A DNA stretch of 64,000 nucleotides, taken from assembly GCA_014872655.1 (NCBI GenBank), contig WHHJ01000002.1, positions 8,135-72,134 on the forward strand, in the 5' to 3' direction. A program made the translations under genes and the position numbers. Below the pieces are notes generated by a model, which worked only from the letters and a program-made list of their open reading frames with translations, searched no databases and had not been told where the DNA came from. Shown piece after piece: positions 17,813-26,508 of the stretch. Positions within the stretch are counted from its first letter, which is position 1. The number at the start of each line of letters is the position of its first letter. The stretch comes from Clostridia bacterium (GTDB taxonomy: Bacteria > Bacillota > Clostridia > Oscillospirales > UBA644).

Positions 17813-19363
17813 TCATGATTTAAAGGACCAGGTCTCAATGCCGTTAAACGGATTGGTAGAACTTGGTGTAAACGTTCCGTCAATTTGTCTGTTGATGGCA
17901 AGAGCGGAATTGTTGTAGTATAACGGAATAATGGGTAATTCTTGCCCAAATGCTTCTAACAGTGTTAGAACATCTGCAGTTCCGGATGCAAAATTTGTTA
18001 AAGCTGTTTGCAGAGACTCTCCTATAGGCGCGCCGATTGCTGTTAATAATCCGGTTAAATCCATGTTTAAAGGAATGCGAACCTCAGCAATATAAATGTC
18101 GTAGTTTCCGTCTTGAATTGCTTTTTGATAATCTTCCCATGGGAGCTGTGTAACGACGGTTCCGAACCCATAGTTTTGAAGTTGATCGGCAATTTCATTT
18201 GCAACTTTAACGCGAAGACTATTTTCTCTGTTTACAACAATATTTAAGGTGATATCTTCTCCATACCACTGTAACTTGTTTTCAGCAGACATGTATAATC
18301 TGCCGTTATAAAAATGTGTTTTTGCTGCCTGTTGGTCATAAATATCGTCATTAAGATTCGCATTGATGACTTCCGTCCAATCTGGGTTGAGCGGTGACCA
18401 ACATGATTTTCCACAGCCCTTGATGACGTTCGCATAAAGGTTTTGCCGATCGATTCCGTAATGCAAACCCTTGCAAACTTCTAAATAATTAGTGGACCAT
18501 TTTTTATTTCTGTTGACCACGGCAAATGTTAGCGCATTGTTAGAAAAGCTCTGTAACTCAATATTACCGCGATAACTTTCTGACCCGTCACTTAGGTCTG
18601 CCATCATGGCATCTAAATCTCCATAATTGATACCATATAAGATATTGGATGTGTTTTCATATTGTTTGAGTATGATTTGCTTAATCTTGCAACCCGCCAT
18701 ATCATTTCGATAATTATTGGGATACATACAGATCAAATCTTCATTAGATGTTGTTGATGGCGCTTGTTTTAAATAATATTTTCCTGCGCCGACTGCAAAA
18801 GTATTGTTTTGTTTATTATATTCAGTTCCTTTTTTCGTAATAGGAATGCATAGTAAGTTAATATTTCTTGGGTTTTGAGAGGAAAGAACAACTTCGAATT
18901 CAGTAGATGATTTTGCTGTATAGGAAACAATATAGGAAAAATTTTGTTGATAAACAGAACTTTTTTTTGCCTGATCAAAAGAAAATTTGCAATCTTCAGC
19001 CGTGACGGAGGTTCCGTCACTAAAGATAGCTGCATCTGAGATAAGAATAGAAACAGTATTTCCGTTGATGGAATAGCTTTCTGCAAGATCTGGTTTTATC
19101 GTATAATTTCGGTCTAAATAGAATAATGCGTTATAACAAAGGCTAAGTGCCGTGTTATTGGCGTTGGATGTGACCGAATAAATATCTAAGCCGTCTTTTG
19201 CACTGATCGGAATGGTAATAGAAGTTTCTGTTGCAGATTGCTGTTGTTGAGTAGTTGACGGTTCCTGTGGGGTGCAGGCACTAAGCAGAAAAAGTGTTAA
19301 AATAAGGCATATGAATCCATATGCCTTATTTTTTAAATTGCAAGGTTGTCTATTTCTTTTCAT
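17813..19363 (-). CDS. Lipoprotein, ABC-transporter solute-binding protein family 5-like (peptide/oligosaccharide type), orphan
   Basis: Lipobox LFLLSAC after a basic N-terminus. The 516-aa size and overall pattern resemble family-5 SBPs as I remember them. No permease or ATPase genes are adjacent. Confidence 0.65.
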   Translation of the reverse strand: MKRNRQPCNLKNKAYGFICLILTLFLLSACTPQEPSTTQQQQSATETSITIPISAKDGLDIYSVTSNANNTALSLCYNALFYLDRNYTIKPDLAESYSINGNTVSILISDAAIFSDGTSVTAEDCKFSFDQAKKSSVYQQNFSYIVSYTAKSSTEFEVVLSSQNPRNINLLCIPITKKGTEYNKQNNTFAVGAGKYYLKQAPSTTSNEDLICMYPNNYRNDMAGCKIKQIILKQYENTSNILYGINYGDLDAMMADLSDGSESYRGNIELQSFSNNALTFAVVNRNKKWSTNYLEVCKGLHYGIDRQNLYANVIKGCGKSCWSPLNPDWTEVINANLNDDIYDQQAAKTHFYNGRLYMSAENKLQWYGEDITLNIVVNRENSLRVKVANEIADQLQNYGFGTVVTQLPWEDYQKAIQDGNYDIYIAEVRIPLNMDLTGLLTAIGAPIGESLQTALTNFASGTADVLTLLEAFGQELPIIPLYYNNSALAINRQIDGTFTPSSTNPFNGIETWSFKS

Positions 19364-19871
19364 AAGAATTTTTTGCTTTTTCTACGGAAGATAATGCACT
19401 GGTTAGAGCTCGAGAGGTATCCGTCAGCACACCATTTACATATCCATTTGCATTTTCGCGCATTTTTGCAGCTTCTGCCTTTGCCCGCTCTAAAATTTCA
19501 GCCGCCCGTTCTTTTGCAATCATCATAATTTGCTGCTCGTCTACCAACTGTTCTGCTTGAACCTTTGCTCTTTCGATCAACGAATCGGCGTTTTTCTTTG
19601 CCTTTACCAGCATGTTTTCAGCTGCAGAACGTGCTTTTTCCATCATGGTATCGGAATCTTCTTTTACCTTGGAAAGCATCGTATCTTTGTTTTCGAGAAC
19701 TTCTCTGGATTTTTTCATCTCCATCGGAATATTCTCACGGATGCTGTCCATAATGTCACGAAATCTTTCTGAATTAACAACACATTTGTTCTTTACAAGC
19801 GGAATATGCCATGCGTCTTCCATCAAATCTTCCAAATCTTCCAGATCTCTGTAAAAATCGCTGTTTCCCAT
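19350..19871 (-). CDS. Conserved coiled-coil protein of unknown function (often annotated ATPase/ATP-synthase-b-like)
   Basis: The 173-aa protein has a W-IPL..K..V N-terminal motif followed by long K/E/A-rich heptad-like helices. It is translationally coupled to the neighbours (14-nt overlap with the SBP gene). Confidence 0.75.
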   Translation of the reverse strand: MGNSDFYRDLEDLEDLMEDAWHIPLVKNKCVVNSERFRDIMDSIRENIPMEMKKSREVLENKDTMLSKVKEDSDTMMEKARSAAENMLVKAKKNADSLIERAKVQAEQLVDEQQIMMIAKERAAEILERAKAEAAKMRENANGYVNGVLTDTSRALTSALSSVEKAKNSYEKK

Positions 19872-19876
19872 TGTTT

Positions 19877-20371
19877 TTACTCCTTTGTTCCGATTTTGTT
19901 CATTATTTGCGTCTTTATACTGTCAGGTACTAATCCTGTTATGTCTTTGCCGTATAAACTAAATTCCCGCACCATTTTCGAGCTGATATGTTCATACTCG
20001 CTTTTACAGGGAATAAAAATGGTTTCTGCATTTCCCATTACACGGTTGATTCGTGCTAAATCAGCCTCATATTCGTAGTCCAGACTATTTCGAATCCCTT
20101 TTACAATCGCGGTAACCTGCTGTTGGTTGTATAGATCTACAACAAGTTGTTCACAGGATAAAACCTGGATGTTCGAATCGTTTTGAAAAACCTTTTTACA
20201 CATTTCAAATCGTTCCTGCAAGGAAAAGCAATAATGCTTATCTGAATTATTGCAAACGGCTATAATAACGCGATTAAAAATGCGTTTTGTTCTTCGAATA
20301 ATATCTTCATGTCCGATAGTGATCGGATCAAAACTGCCGGGAACGATTGCAATTTTTTCAGACAAGTTCAT
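19877..20371 (-). CDS. coaD: Phosphopantetheine adenylyltransferase
   Basis: IAIVPGSFDPITIGHEDII motif, about 164 aa, downstream of rsmD. Confidence 0.95.
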   Translation of the reverse strand: MNLSEKIAIVPGSFDPITIGHEDIIRRTKRIFNRVIIAVCNNSDKHYCFSLQERFEMCKKVFQNDSNIQVLSCEQLVVDLYNQQQVTAIVKGIRNSLDYEYEADLARINRVMGNAETIFIPCKSEYEHISSKMVREFSLYGKDITGLVPDSIKTQIMNKIGTKE

Positions 20372-20921
20372 TCCCCTCTTTCGTATAAATCAAAACGGAT
20401 ACGCCGCTGTAGGTGTATCTACGTTTAAGAGATAAAACACCTGCTTTTTCAGGTTTTTTTTCTTCGTATGCGCATTCTACAACAATAATGCTGCCAGGGT
20501 TGAGTAAGGCTCCGTCCGATAAATAGGTCAACGCCTTATCAGATAACCCTGTCTGATAGGGCGGATCAATAAAAACAACATCAAACTGTTCCGTACAGGT
20601 GTGTTTTAGATATCTTTTGTAATCGGTATGCAGTAATACGGCCCGATCTTGCATATGAGCACGGGTAATATTTTCCCGTACAATAGCGCAAGAATGTTCA
20701 TCATGATCACAGAAGATACATTTTTGTGCGCCTCGGCTTAAGGCTTCCAATCCTAATTGTCCGGTCCCGGCAAACAAATCCAAAACAGTGCCTTTGATAT
20801 CAAACTGAATGATACTGAACATTGCCTCTTTGACTCGATCGGTCGTGGGACGGACGGGTAAATTTTCTGCAGGAGGTTTAAGCCGCACACCTCGTGCGCT
20901 GCCGCTGATGATACGCATCAA
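20358..20921 (-). CDS. rsmD: 16S rRNA (guanine966-N2)-methyltransferase
   Basis: MRIISGSARG..L..P....RPT.DRVKEA.F, DLFAGTGQLGLEALSRGA and FIDPPY motifs. Confidence 0.93.
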   Translation of the reverse strand: MMRIISGSARGVRLKPPAENLPVRPTTDRVKEAMFSIIQFDIKGTVLDLFAGTGQLGLEALSRGAQKCIFCDHDEHSCAIVRENITRAHMQDRAVLLHTDYKRYLKHTCTEQFDVVFIDPPYQTGLSDKALTYLSDGALLNPGSIIVVECAYEEKKPEKAGVLSLKRRYTYSGVSVLIYTKEGNELV

Positions 20922-21005
20922 ACACCTCCGAAAAATAGTCCTCTAAAATTTATATATAATAAGTATAGCAGAAAAACTAATTTTTTGCAAGACCTGTCTA
21001 TAAAT

Positions 21006-21374
21006 TTATGGGAGGTTGTAGTATGCTACAATTCCCTTTTTTAAATGGGTCAATGTATGAGGATGGTTAGATGCTTCAATTAAAACATCAATCAATTCAT
21101 CAATGACTTGTGGCGGGGCATTTACGATATCAAAGTCTACTTCAAACGCAGGGGTTCGATAGACAATAAATGGCCGAAAAGATAAAATTTCTATTTCTTT
21201 CCCATCGCAATATTTTCCTTCTTTGCAATCTTTTAACCACTGATTTGCTGCTTGCGTATAACGCGCCAGATCAAACGGGGAAGGATTTTGGTCAAGTGAA
21301 AATCGTAATCTGATATAGGAACTATGTCCACTTGTTTGTTCAATAGGTAAATTGTGTGGCCGGAGTGGATACAT
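21006..21374 (-). CDS. Hypothetical protein, 122 aa
   Basis: An isolated ORF with a strong RBS (GGAGGATTATCC-ATG on the minus strand) and a TATAAT-like box upstream. I recognise no motif. Confidence 0.65.
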   Translation of the reverse strand: MYPLRPHNLPIEQTSGHSSYIRLRFSLDQNPSPFDLARYTQAANQWLKDCKEGKYCDGKEIEILSFRPFIVYRTPAFEVDFDIVNAPPQVIDELIDVLIEASNHPHTLTHLKKGIVAYYNLP

Positions 21375-21630
21375 GGATAATCCTCCATTATTTTATAAAA
21401 TATAGTCTATTATATCATACTATATAAAAAAAGAAAAGAGTTTTTTATAAATAGTTTGTTTTATAAAGAATTTAAAGACGTTATCAAAAACCAATTGTGT
21501 CAATATCGGTTTTATAAATAAAATTGTGATGTTGAGATATTGTTGAGGACGCAGTAAAAACAGGTTTCATTGAGTCTAAAATAAAACTGCGTAATGATAT
21601 CATGTTTTTTATACAAAAAAATATTTAAAA

Positions 21631-21662
21631 GAGAGCATAAACAGCACGTTCATGCTCTCTTT
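21631..21662 (-). terminator. Terminator after FAD-oxidoreductase operon
   Basis: AGAGAGCAT ... ATGCTCTCT stem flanked by A/T runs (plus strand: aaaagagagcataaacagcacgttcatgctctctttta). Confidence 0.75.
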
Positions 21663-21664
21663 TA

Positions 21665-23062
21665 TTATTCTTTTTCTGCAATTTTTCTGCCCATGATAAC
21701 GCCCATAACAGAAGCCATCATCAGTCCACGTGTCCAGCCGCTGGAATCGCCTAAGCAGTACAGACCTTTCACGTTGGTGTTGAGATCCGCATCCATTTTG
21801 ATTCGATTGCTATAGAATTTTAACTCTGGAGAATAAAGCAATGTTTCAACCGATGCAAAACCGGGTACAACATGATCGACTGCATGAATAAAATTGATGA
21901 TGTTGACCATTGCGCGATAGGGCATGGCCGCTGTGATATCTCCGGCTACTGCATCCGGCAACGTTGGCTTGATATTGGACTGCGCCAGTTCTTTTTGCCA
22001 GGTCCGTTTTCCGTCTAAGATATCTCCAAAACGTTGTACCAAAATATGCCCTGCTCCCAGCATGTTGGTCAATTCGCCTACCTTTTGGGCGTATTCGATT
22101 GGCTGGTTAAAGGGAACACTGAAATTGTGAGAGCACAGGATAGCTAAGTTGGTATTATTGGATTTCAGCTCTTTGTAAGAATGCCCGTTTACAACAGCTA
22201 AGTTGTTATCATAGTTCTCCTGGCTGACAAATCCACCCGGGTTCTGGCAAAAAGTACGCACTTTATTTTTAAACGGCTTAGGATAACCGATCAATTTAGA
22301 TTCATAAAGTACTTCGTTGACTTTTTCCATAACCTCATTGCGGACTTCTACCCGGACGCCGATATCAACGGTGCCCGGCATATGTGCAATATTGTATTCC
22401 GAACAGATTTTTTCGAGCCAGTCCGCGCCGCGTCTTCCGGTGGCAACAACGGTATGTTTTGCCTGAATATCGATTTCTTTTTTTCCATCGGTGATTTGGA
22501 CTCCGCGGCACTCTTCGTGATCAAGAATTAAATTCGTACATTCGTAGCCAAACAAAATTTCTACTCCGTTGTCTTGCAGATATTTTTCAATGGACAGATA
22601 GATCTGCTGGGCTTTTTCCGTACCCATGTGGCGGATCGGACAATCCACAAGATGTAATCCGGCCTGAATGGCTCTTTTTCGAATTTGTTTAACGGCTTCG
22701 GGATTAGCAATGCCCTCAATATGGGTATCTGCCCCAAATTCCAGATAAATACTGTCGGCATAATGTATGGTTTCCTGTGCCAGATCTTCACCGATCAAGG
22801 ACGGTAAATCTCCGCCGACTTCATAACTGAGCGATAGTTTTCCGTCTGAAAAAGCTCCTGCACCGGAGAATCCGGTTGTGATATGACAATAAGGTTTACA
22901 GTTCATGCACTTGTTGGTTTTGCTTTTCGGACAGCGTCTGTTTTCGATAGATTGACCTTTTTCAACAATCACGATTTTTTGTTTAGAGCCTTTTCGAAGC
23001 AATTCAATTGCGGTAAAGATTCCGGCAGGCCCTGCGCCGATAATTACGACATCTGTGTTCAT
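21665..23062 (-). CDS. FAD-dependent oxidoreductase (COG2509-like NAD(FAD)-utilising dehydrogenase)
   Basis: N-terminal dinucleotide-binding VVIIGAGPAGIFTAIEL, a Cys cluster CPKSKTNKCMNCKPYC, and a C-terminal GDSSGWTRG motif. Confidence 0.85.
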   Translation of the reverse strand: MNTDVVIIGAGPAGIFTAIELLRKGSKQKIVIVEKGQSIENRRCPKSKTNKCMNCKPYCHITTGFSGAGAFSDGKLSLSYEVGGDLPSLIGEDLAQETIHYADSIYLEFGADTHIEGIANPEAVKQIRKRAIQAGLHLVDCPIRHMGTEKAQQIYLSIEKYLQDNGVEILFGYECTNLILDHEECRGVQITDGKKEIDIQAKHTVVATGRRGADWLEKICSEYNIAHMPGTVDIGVRVEVRNEVMEKVNEVLYESKLIGYPKPFKNKVRTFCQNPGGFVSQENYDNNLAVVNGHSYKELKSNNTNLAILCSHNFSVPFNQPIEYAQKVGELTNMLGAGHILVQRFGDILDGKRTWQKELAQSNIKPTLPDAVAGDITAAMPYRAMVNIINFIHAVDHVVPGFASVETLLYSPELKFYSNRIKMDADLNTNVKGLYCLGDSSGWTRGLMMASVMGVIMGRKIAEKE

Positions 23063-23068
23063 GATTTT

Positions 23069-23257
23069 CTATTTCCTTTTTTCGTCTATTTTTTTGCCTG
23101 CAAAAAAGCCACCTACATATCCGGCTGCAAGCGTAATCATCATAATAAGCATTTTCTGTTCGGGCAAAACAAGCCCCAGTAAATATCCCAAAAGAATTCC
23201 TAAGACTAGACCGATCAGCATCCCCTTAAAACTGGCGGAGGTCTTTTTGCCGTTCAT
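23069..23257 (-). CDS. Small two-TM membrane protein
   Basis: The 62-aa protein has two hydrophobic G-rich helices and K-rich ends. It overlaps the SDR stop by 4 nt and lies 6 nt upstream of the FAD gene, which suggests translational coupling. Confidence 0.65.
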   Translation of the reverse strand: MNGKKTSASFKGMLIGLVLGILLGYLLGLVLPEQKMLIMMITLAAGYVGGFFAGKKIDEKRK

Positions 23258-24042
23258 CGGATAACTCTCTTCTTGGCATTTTTGCGCTGCTGCATATGAT
23301 AAGCTGCACGCAAAAGAAGTTTATCTGGGAGAAATCTCTCAATAAATTTTGCCGTTTTCATAATCATGCCGGGGATAATAATTAACTGATTACGGAACAT
23401 TTGATTTAATGCATAAACGGCCACTTCTTCACTGTTCAAACCTTTTAAACTAAACTGAACATCTGCTTTTTCGTCAAATTCTGTTTTAACCGGTCCCGGA
23501 CAAAGAATGCTGATATGAATATTGGATCCGTCTCTGCGCGCTTCTTCGTAGATCGCCATGCTTAAACGTAAAACATAGGCCTTTGAGGCGTAATAAGTGC
23601 TCATCAGCGGCCCCGGCGCAAAAGCGGCAGAACTTGCAACATTTAAAATCCAGCCGTTATTTTTGTCCCGGAATCTTCTGTAGAATTCCTTAGTCAAAAT
23701 ATGAACGGCACGAATATTGGTATTGATCATTTTGATTTCCGTATCCAAATCTGTTGTATAAAAATCTCCGAACAGACCAAAACCGGCGTTGTTGATTAAA
23801 ATGTCAATGTCCATCTCCTGTGTAATATGGAGCAGTTTAAAACAGTTCTCCTGAACAGATAAATCCAGAGGCAGGATTGAAACGTCTGTTTTTAAATCCT
23901 GTTTTAAATTGAGCAGCCGATCTTCTCTGCGGGCGACCAGAATCAGATCATATCCCATTCGGCTGAGCGTTCTTGCCATATCTCTTCCGATGCCGGAACT
24001 TGCACCTGTAATCAATGCGAGCATATCGTTGCTCCTTTCCAT
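23254..24042 (-). CDS. Short-chain dehydrogenase/reductase (SDR)
   Basis: ITGASSGIGR cofactor motif, NNAG, and catalytic YYASKAY (YxxxK). Confidence 0.92.
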   Translation of the reverse strand: MERSNDMLALITGASSGIGRDMARTLSRMGYDLILVARREDRLLNLKQDLKTDVSILPLDLSVQENCFKLLHITQEMDIDILINNAGFGLFGDFYTTDLDTEIKMINTNIRAVHILTKEFYRRFRDKNNGWILNVASSAAFAPGPLMSTYYASKAYVLRLSMAIYEEARRDGSNIHISILCPGPVKTEFDEKADVQFSLKGLNSEEVAVYALNQMFRNQLIIIPGMIMKTAKFIERFLPDKLLLRAAYHMQQRKNAKKRVIR

Positions 24043-24158
24043 ATTTAGGCCAATATTTTGTATGTTCAGTACACTTTATTATATCGTTTTCCTTATAAAA
24101 AGTCAATTGGTTTGTATAAATTTATTGATTTTAAAAATAATAATGGAAGAAAGGATGT

Positions 24159-24602
24159 GTGAAAATGCGCAGCGATAATGAAAATACCGAATTCTTAAAA
24201 CAGATTTATAAAAATTCACAGATGGGATGTTTGACATTAGAAAAAATAGTGGATATGACGGATGATGAGGCGTATCGGGATCTGCTGCAAAAACAACTGG
24301 ACGGCTATAAAGAGATTTTTCATAAAACCGAGGCGGTGTTGGATGAAAAAGATCGCCCAGCTAAGGGTGTTACGGCGGCGCAGGAATTCAGTACTAAGAT
24401 GATGATCAATATGAATACCCTTTCGGATAAATCTCCGTCACATCTTTCTGAGATGTTGATACAGGGCAGTACGATGGGCATTATCGACATGACAAAAGGG
24501 TTGCAGAATTATAATAGCTTAACGGCCGAAACGCGGGATTTGGGAAGTAAATTACTAAAAAGTGAAGAAAATTATGTGGAGAGTTTAAAAAAATTCTTGT
24601 AA
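24159..24602 (+). CDS. Hypothetical helical protein (four-helix-bundle-like), function unknown
   Basis: About 145 aa, predicted all-helical, with an AAAGGA RBS before ATG 24165 (the track start is GTG 24159). I cannot assign a family with confidence. Confidence 0.7.
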   Translation: MKMRSDNENTEFLKQIYKNSQMGCLTLEKIVDMTDDEAYRDLLQKQLDGYKEIFHKTEAVLDEKDRPAKGVTAAQEFSTKMMINMNTLSDKSPSHLSEMLIQGSTMGIIDMTKGLQNYNSLTAETRDLGSKLLKSEENYVESLKKFL

Positions 24603-24670
24603 TAAGGCAGAGAAGGCGATTAGTCTTCTCTTGTTTTTTCAATATTTGTGATAAAATGGCTTTTTTCTGC

Positions 24671-24699
24671 TTGACAAATCACGAATTGTGATATATAAT
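24671..24699 (+). promoter_or_regulatory. Consensus promoter of the XRE gene with embedded palindromic operator
   Basis: TTGACA (24671-24676), 17 nt, TATAAT (24694-24699). The spacer contains the perfect palindrome ATCAC-GAATT-GTGAT (24678-24692). Related sites are GTGAT at 24648-24652 and TCAC-N6-GTGA at 24711-24724. Confidence 0.75.
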
Positions 24700-24743
24700 A
24701 AAAATATAAATCACTATTTTGTGAAAGAAAGAGGTCCAAAATC

Positions 24744-25139
24744 ATGAGTTTTGCAGAAAATCTTAAATATTTGCGCAAACAGCGCAAAATGACGCAGAAA
24801 GAACTAGGCAAAGCTTTGGATGTGGCTTTGAGTACGGTCGGAATGTGGGAGACGGGTGGTCGTCAGCCCGATTTGGACACTACTGTTCAGGTCGCACGTT
24901 TTTTTGATGTTTCTGTCAGTGATTTGATTGGAGAGGATGCTTATGCGCATCCGATTGAAAAATCTTCTTCCGGAAATTGGCGCGGATCGATGATGAATGA
25001 TGAATTGGCTCAATTGCGGGACATGTTGCGAACTCGTCCGGAAATGAAGATGTTATTTTCTGTATCGAAAAATGCCAGTAAAGAAGATATCGAACGGGCT
25101 GTGGCTATTATCGAGGCGTTAAAGGAACAAAGCCGGTAA
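24744..25139 (+). CDS. XRE-family helix-turn-helix transcriptional regulator
   Basis: The N-terminus LKYLRKQRKMTQKELGKALDVALSTVGMWETGGRQPDLDTTVQVARFFDVSVSDLIG is a classic HTH_3 (Cro/CI) domain. The C-terminal region is helical. Confidence 0.92.
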   Translation: MSFAENLKYLRKQRKMTQKELGKALDVALSTVGMWETGGRQPDLDTTVQVARFFDVSVSDLIGEDAYAHPIEKSSSGNWRGSMMNDELAQLRDMLRTRPEMKMLFSVSKNASKEDIERAVAIIEALKEQSR

Positions 25140-25174
25140 AACCACGCGGCAACGCAAAGTTAAGGAATACAAGT

Positions 25175-25387
25175 ATGAACGACATATATATCAGATACGT
25201 AAAACTTCCGATCACGGTTCGGGGAATTACGTCTGAAGATGAGAATGGCGATTACAACATTTATATTAACAGTTTAATGTCTTCCGATCAGCAGCAGCTG
25301 ACTATTGAACATGAGATGAAGCATATCGAACGCAACGATTTTGCTAGCGATGAGAATATTTATGTGATTGAAGACCTGGACCCTTGA
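25175..25387 (+). CDS. Minimal ImmA/IrrE-like HExxH protein (70 aa)
   Basis: The text LPITVRGITSEDENGDYNIYINSLMSSDQQQLTIEHEMKHIERNDFAS matches the ImmA/IrrE (COG2856) core pattern ...G......y.I.iN..l....q.ftl.HE.gH....e.....eAN.FA. It lies immediately downstream of the XRE gene. Confidence 0.65.
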   Translation: MNDIYIRYVKLPITVRGITSEDENGDYNIYINSLMSSDQQQLTIEHEMKHIERNDFASDENIYVIEDLDP

Positions 25388-25412
25388 CAATTCTGTACGG
25401 ATGCGGTATAAT
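25384..25412 (+). promoter_or_regulatory. Consensus promoter for mrp overlapping the stop of the mini-ImmA gene
   Basis: TTGACA (25384-25389), 17 nt, TATAAT (25407-25412). Confidence 0.7.
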
Positions 25413-25471
25413 AAGCGTACTTCAGGCCTGATTTTGGGTCTGGATTTGATTTTGTTTGAGGTGTAATAAAG

Positions 25472-26293
25472 ATGAGTGAGACGTGTAATCATGATTGTGG
25501 GTCCTGCTTGGAGAATTGCGAAAACCGAGGGGTTCAGAAAGAGCCTTTAAACCAGCTGAGTTCTGTGGGGAAAGTTGTTGCTGTTGTCAGCGGGAAAGGC
25601 GGAGTTGGAAAAAGCCTTGTTACTTCGCTGCTGGCGGTTTTGACTGCCCGGAAGGGGAAAGAAACCGCAGTTATGGATGCCGATATTACCGGTCCGTCTG
25701 TTCCGAAAGCTTTTGGCATTAAAGGGCTTGCCGAGGGCAGTGAGATTGGGATTTACCCGAAGAGTTCGGCAAAGGGAACTGTTCGTGCGATGTCTTTAAA
25801 CTTGTTGGTTCAGGATGAGACAACGCCTGTTATTTGGCGGGGACCTGTTATTTCCGGTACGGTAAAGCAGTTTTGGACCGATGTAATCTGGGGCGATGTG
25901 GATTACATGTTTATTGATATGCCGCCGGGAACAGGCGATGTGCCGTTGACGGTTTTTCAATCGTTGCCTGTTGATGGTATTATCGTGGTAACCTCTCCGC
26001 AGGAACTGGTTTCTATGATTGTAGAGAAAGCGGTGAATATGGCGCAGCAAATGAATGTTCCGATTTGGGGAATTGTTGAAAATTACAGTTATCTGGAATG
26101 CCCGGATTGCGGGAAAAAGATAGAAGTGTTTGGCCACAGCAATATTGAAGAGGTTGCACATAAACATGGATTGGATGTGCTGGCTAAGATCCCGATGGAT
26201 CCAAAGCTTGCCGGGTTGATGGACAATGGTGCAATTGAAGATTTTGCAGGAACATTTTTAGACGAGGCTATTGAAAAGATTCTTGAGAAATAA
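25472..26293 (+). CDS. mrp: Mrp/NBP35/ApbC-family Fe-S cluster carrier ATPase
   Basis: Cys-rich N-terminus CNHDCGSCLENC, deviant Walker A SGKGGVGKS, DMPPGTGD, and a CPDCG pair. Confidence 0.92.
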   Translation: MSETCNHDCGSCLENCENRGVQKEPLNQLSSVGKVVAVVSGKGGVGKSLVTSLLAVLTARKGKETAVMDADITGPSVPKAFGIKGLAEGSEIGIYPKSSAKGTVRAMSLNLLVQDETTPVIWRGPVISGTVKQFWTDVIWGDVDYMFIDMPPGTGDVPLTVFQSLPVDGIIVVTSPQELVSMIVEKAVNMAQQMNVPIWGIVENYSYLECPDCGKKIEVFGHSNIEEVAHKHGLDVLAKIPMDPKLAGLMDNGAIEDFAGTFLDEAIEKILEK

Positions 26294-26316
26294 GAGAATA
26301 TGATAAAATTTTGTTC

Positions 26317-26353
26317 GCACAGGCGCCATAATGCGCCTGTGCCGTTTATTTTT
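26317..26353 (+). terminator. Rho-independent terminator after mrp
   Basis: GCACAGGCGC (26317-26326), loop, GCGCCTGTGC (26333-26342), then CGTTTATTTTT. Confidence 0.8.
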
Positions 26354-26508
26354 AAACTTTTTGTGAACAGATACCGTTTTGTGTCGCAATTTGCGGATTT
26401 GGACGCGTATATATATATGAAACGTAATTTGAGAGGATTAAATTCGGAAAGAAAGGTTTTTGCAATTGCTCTGAAACGGGACAAGTTCAAAAGGAGGGAG
26501 GGCTTTCG

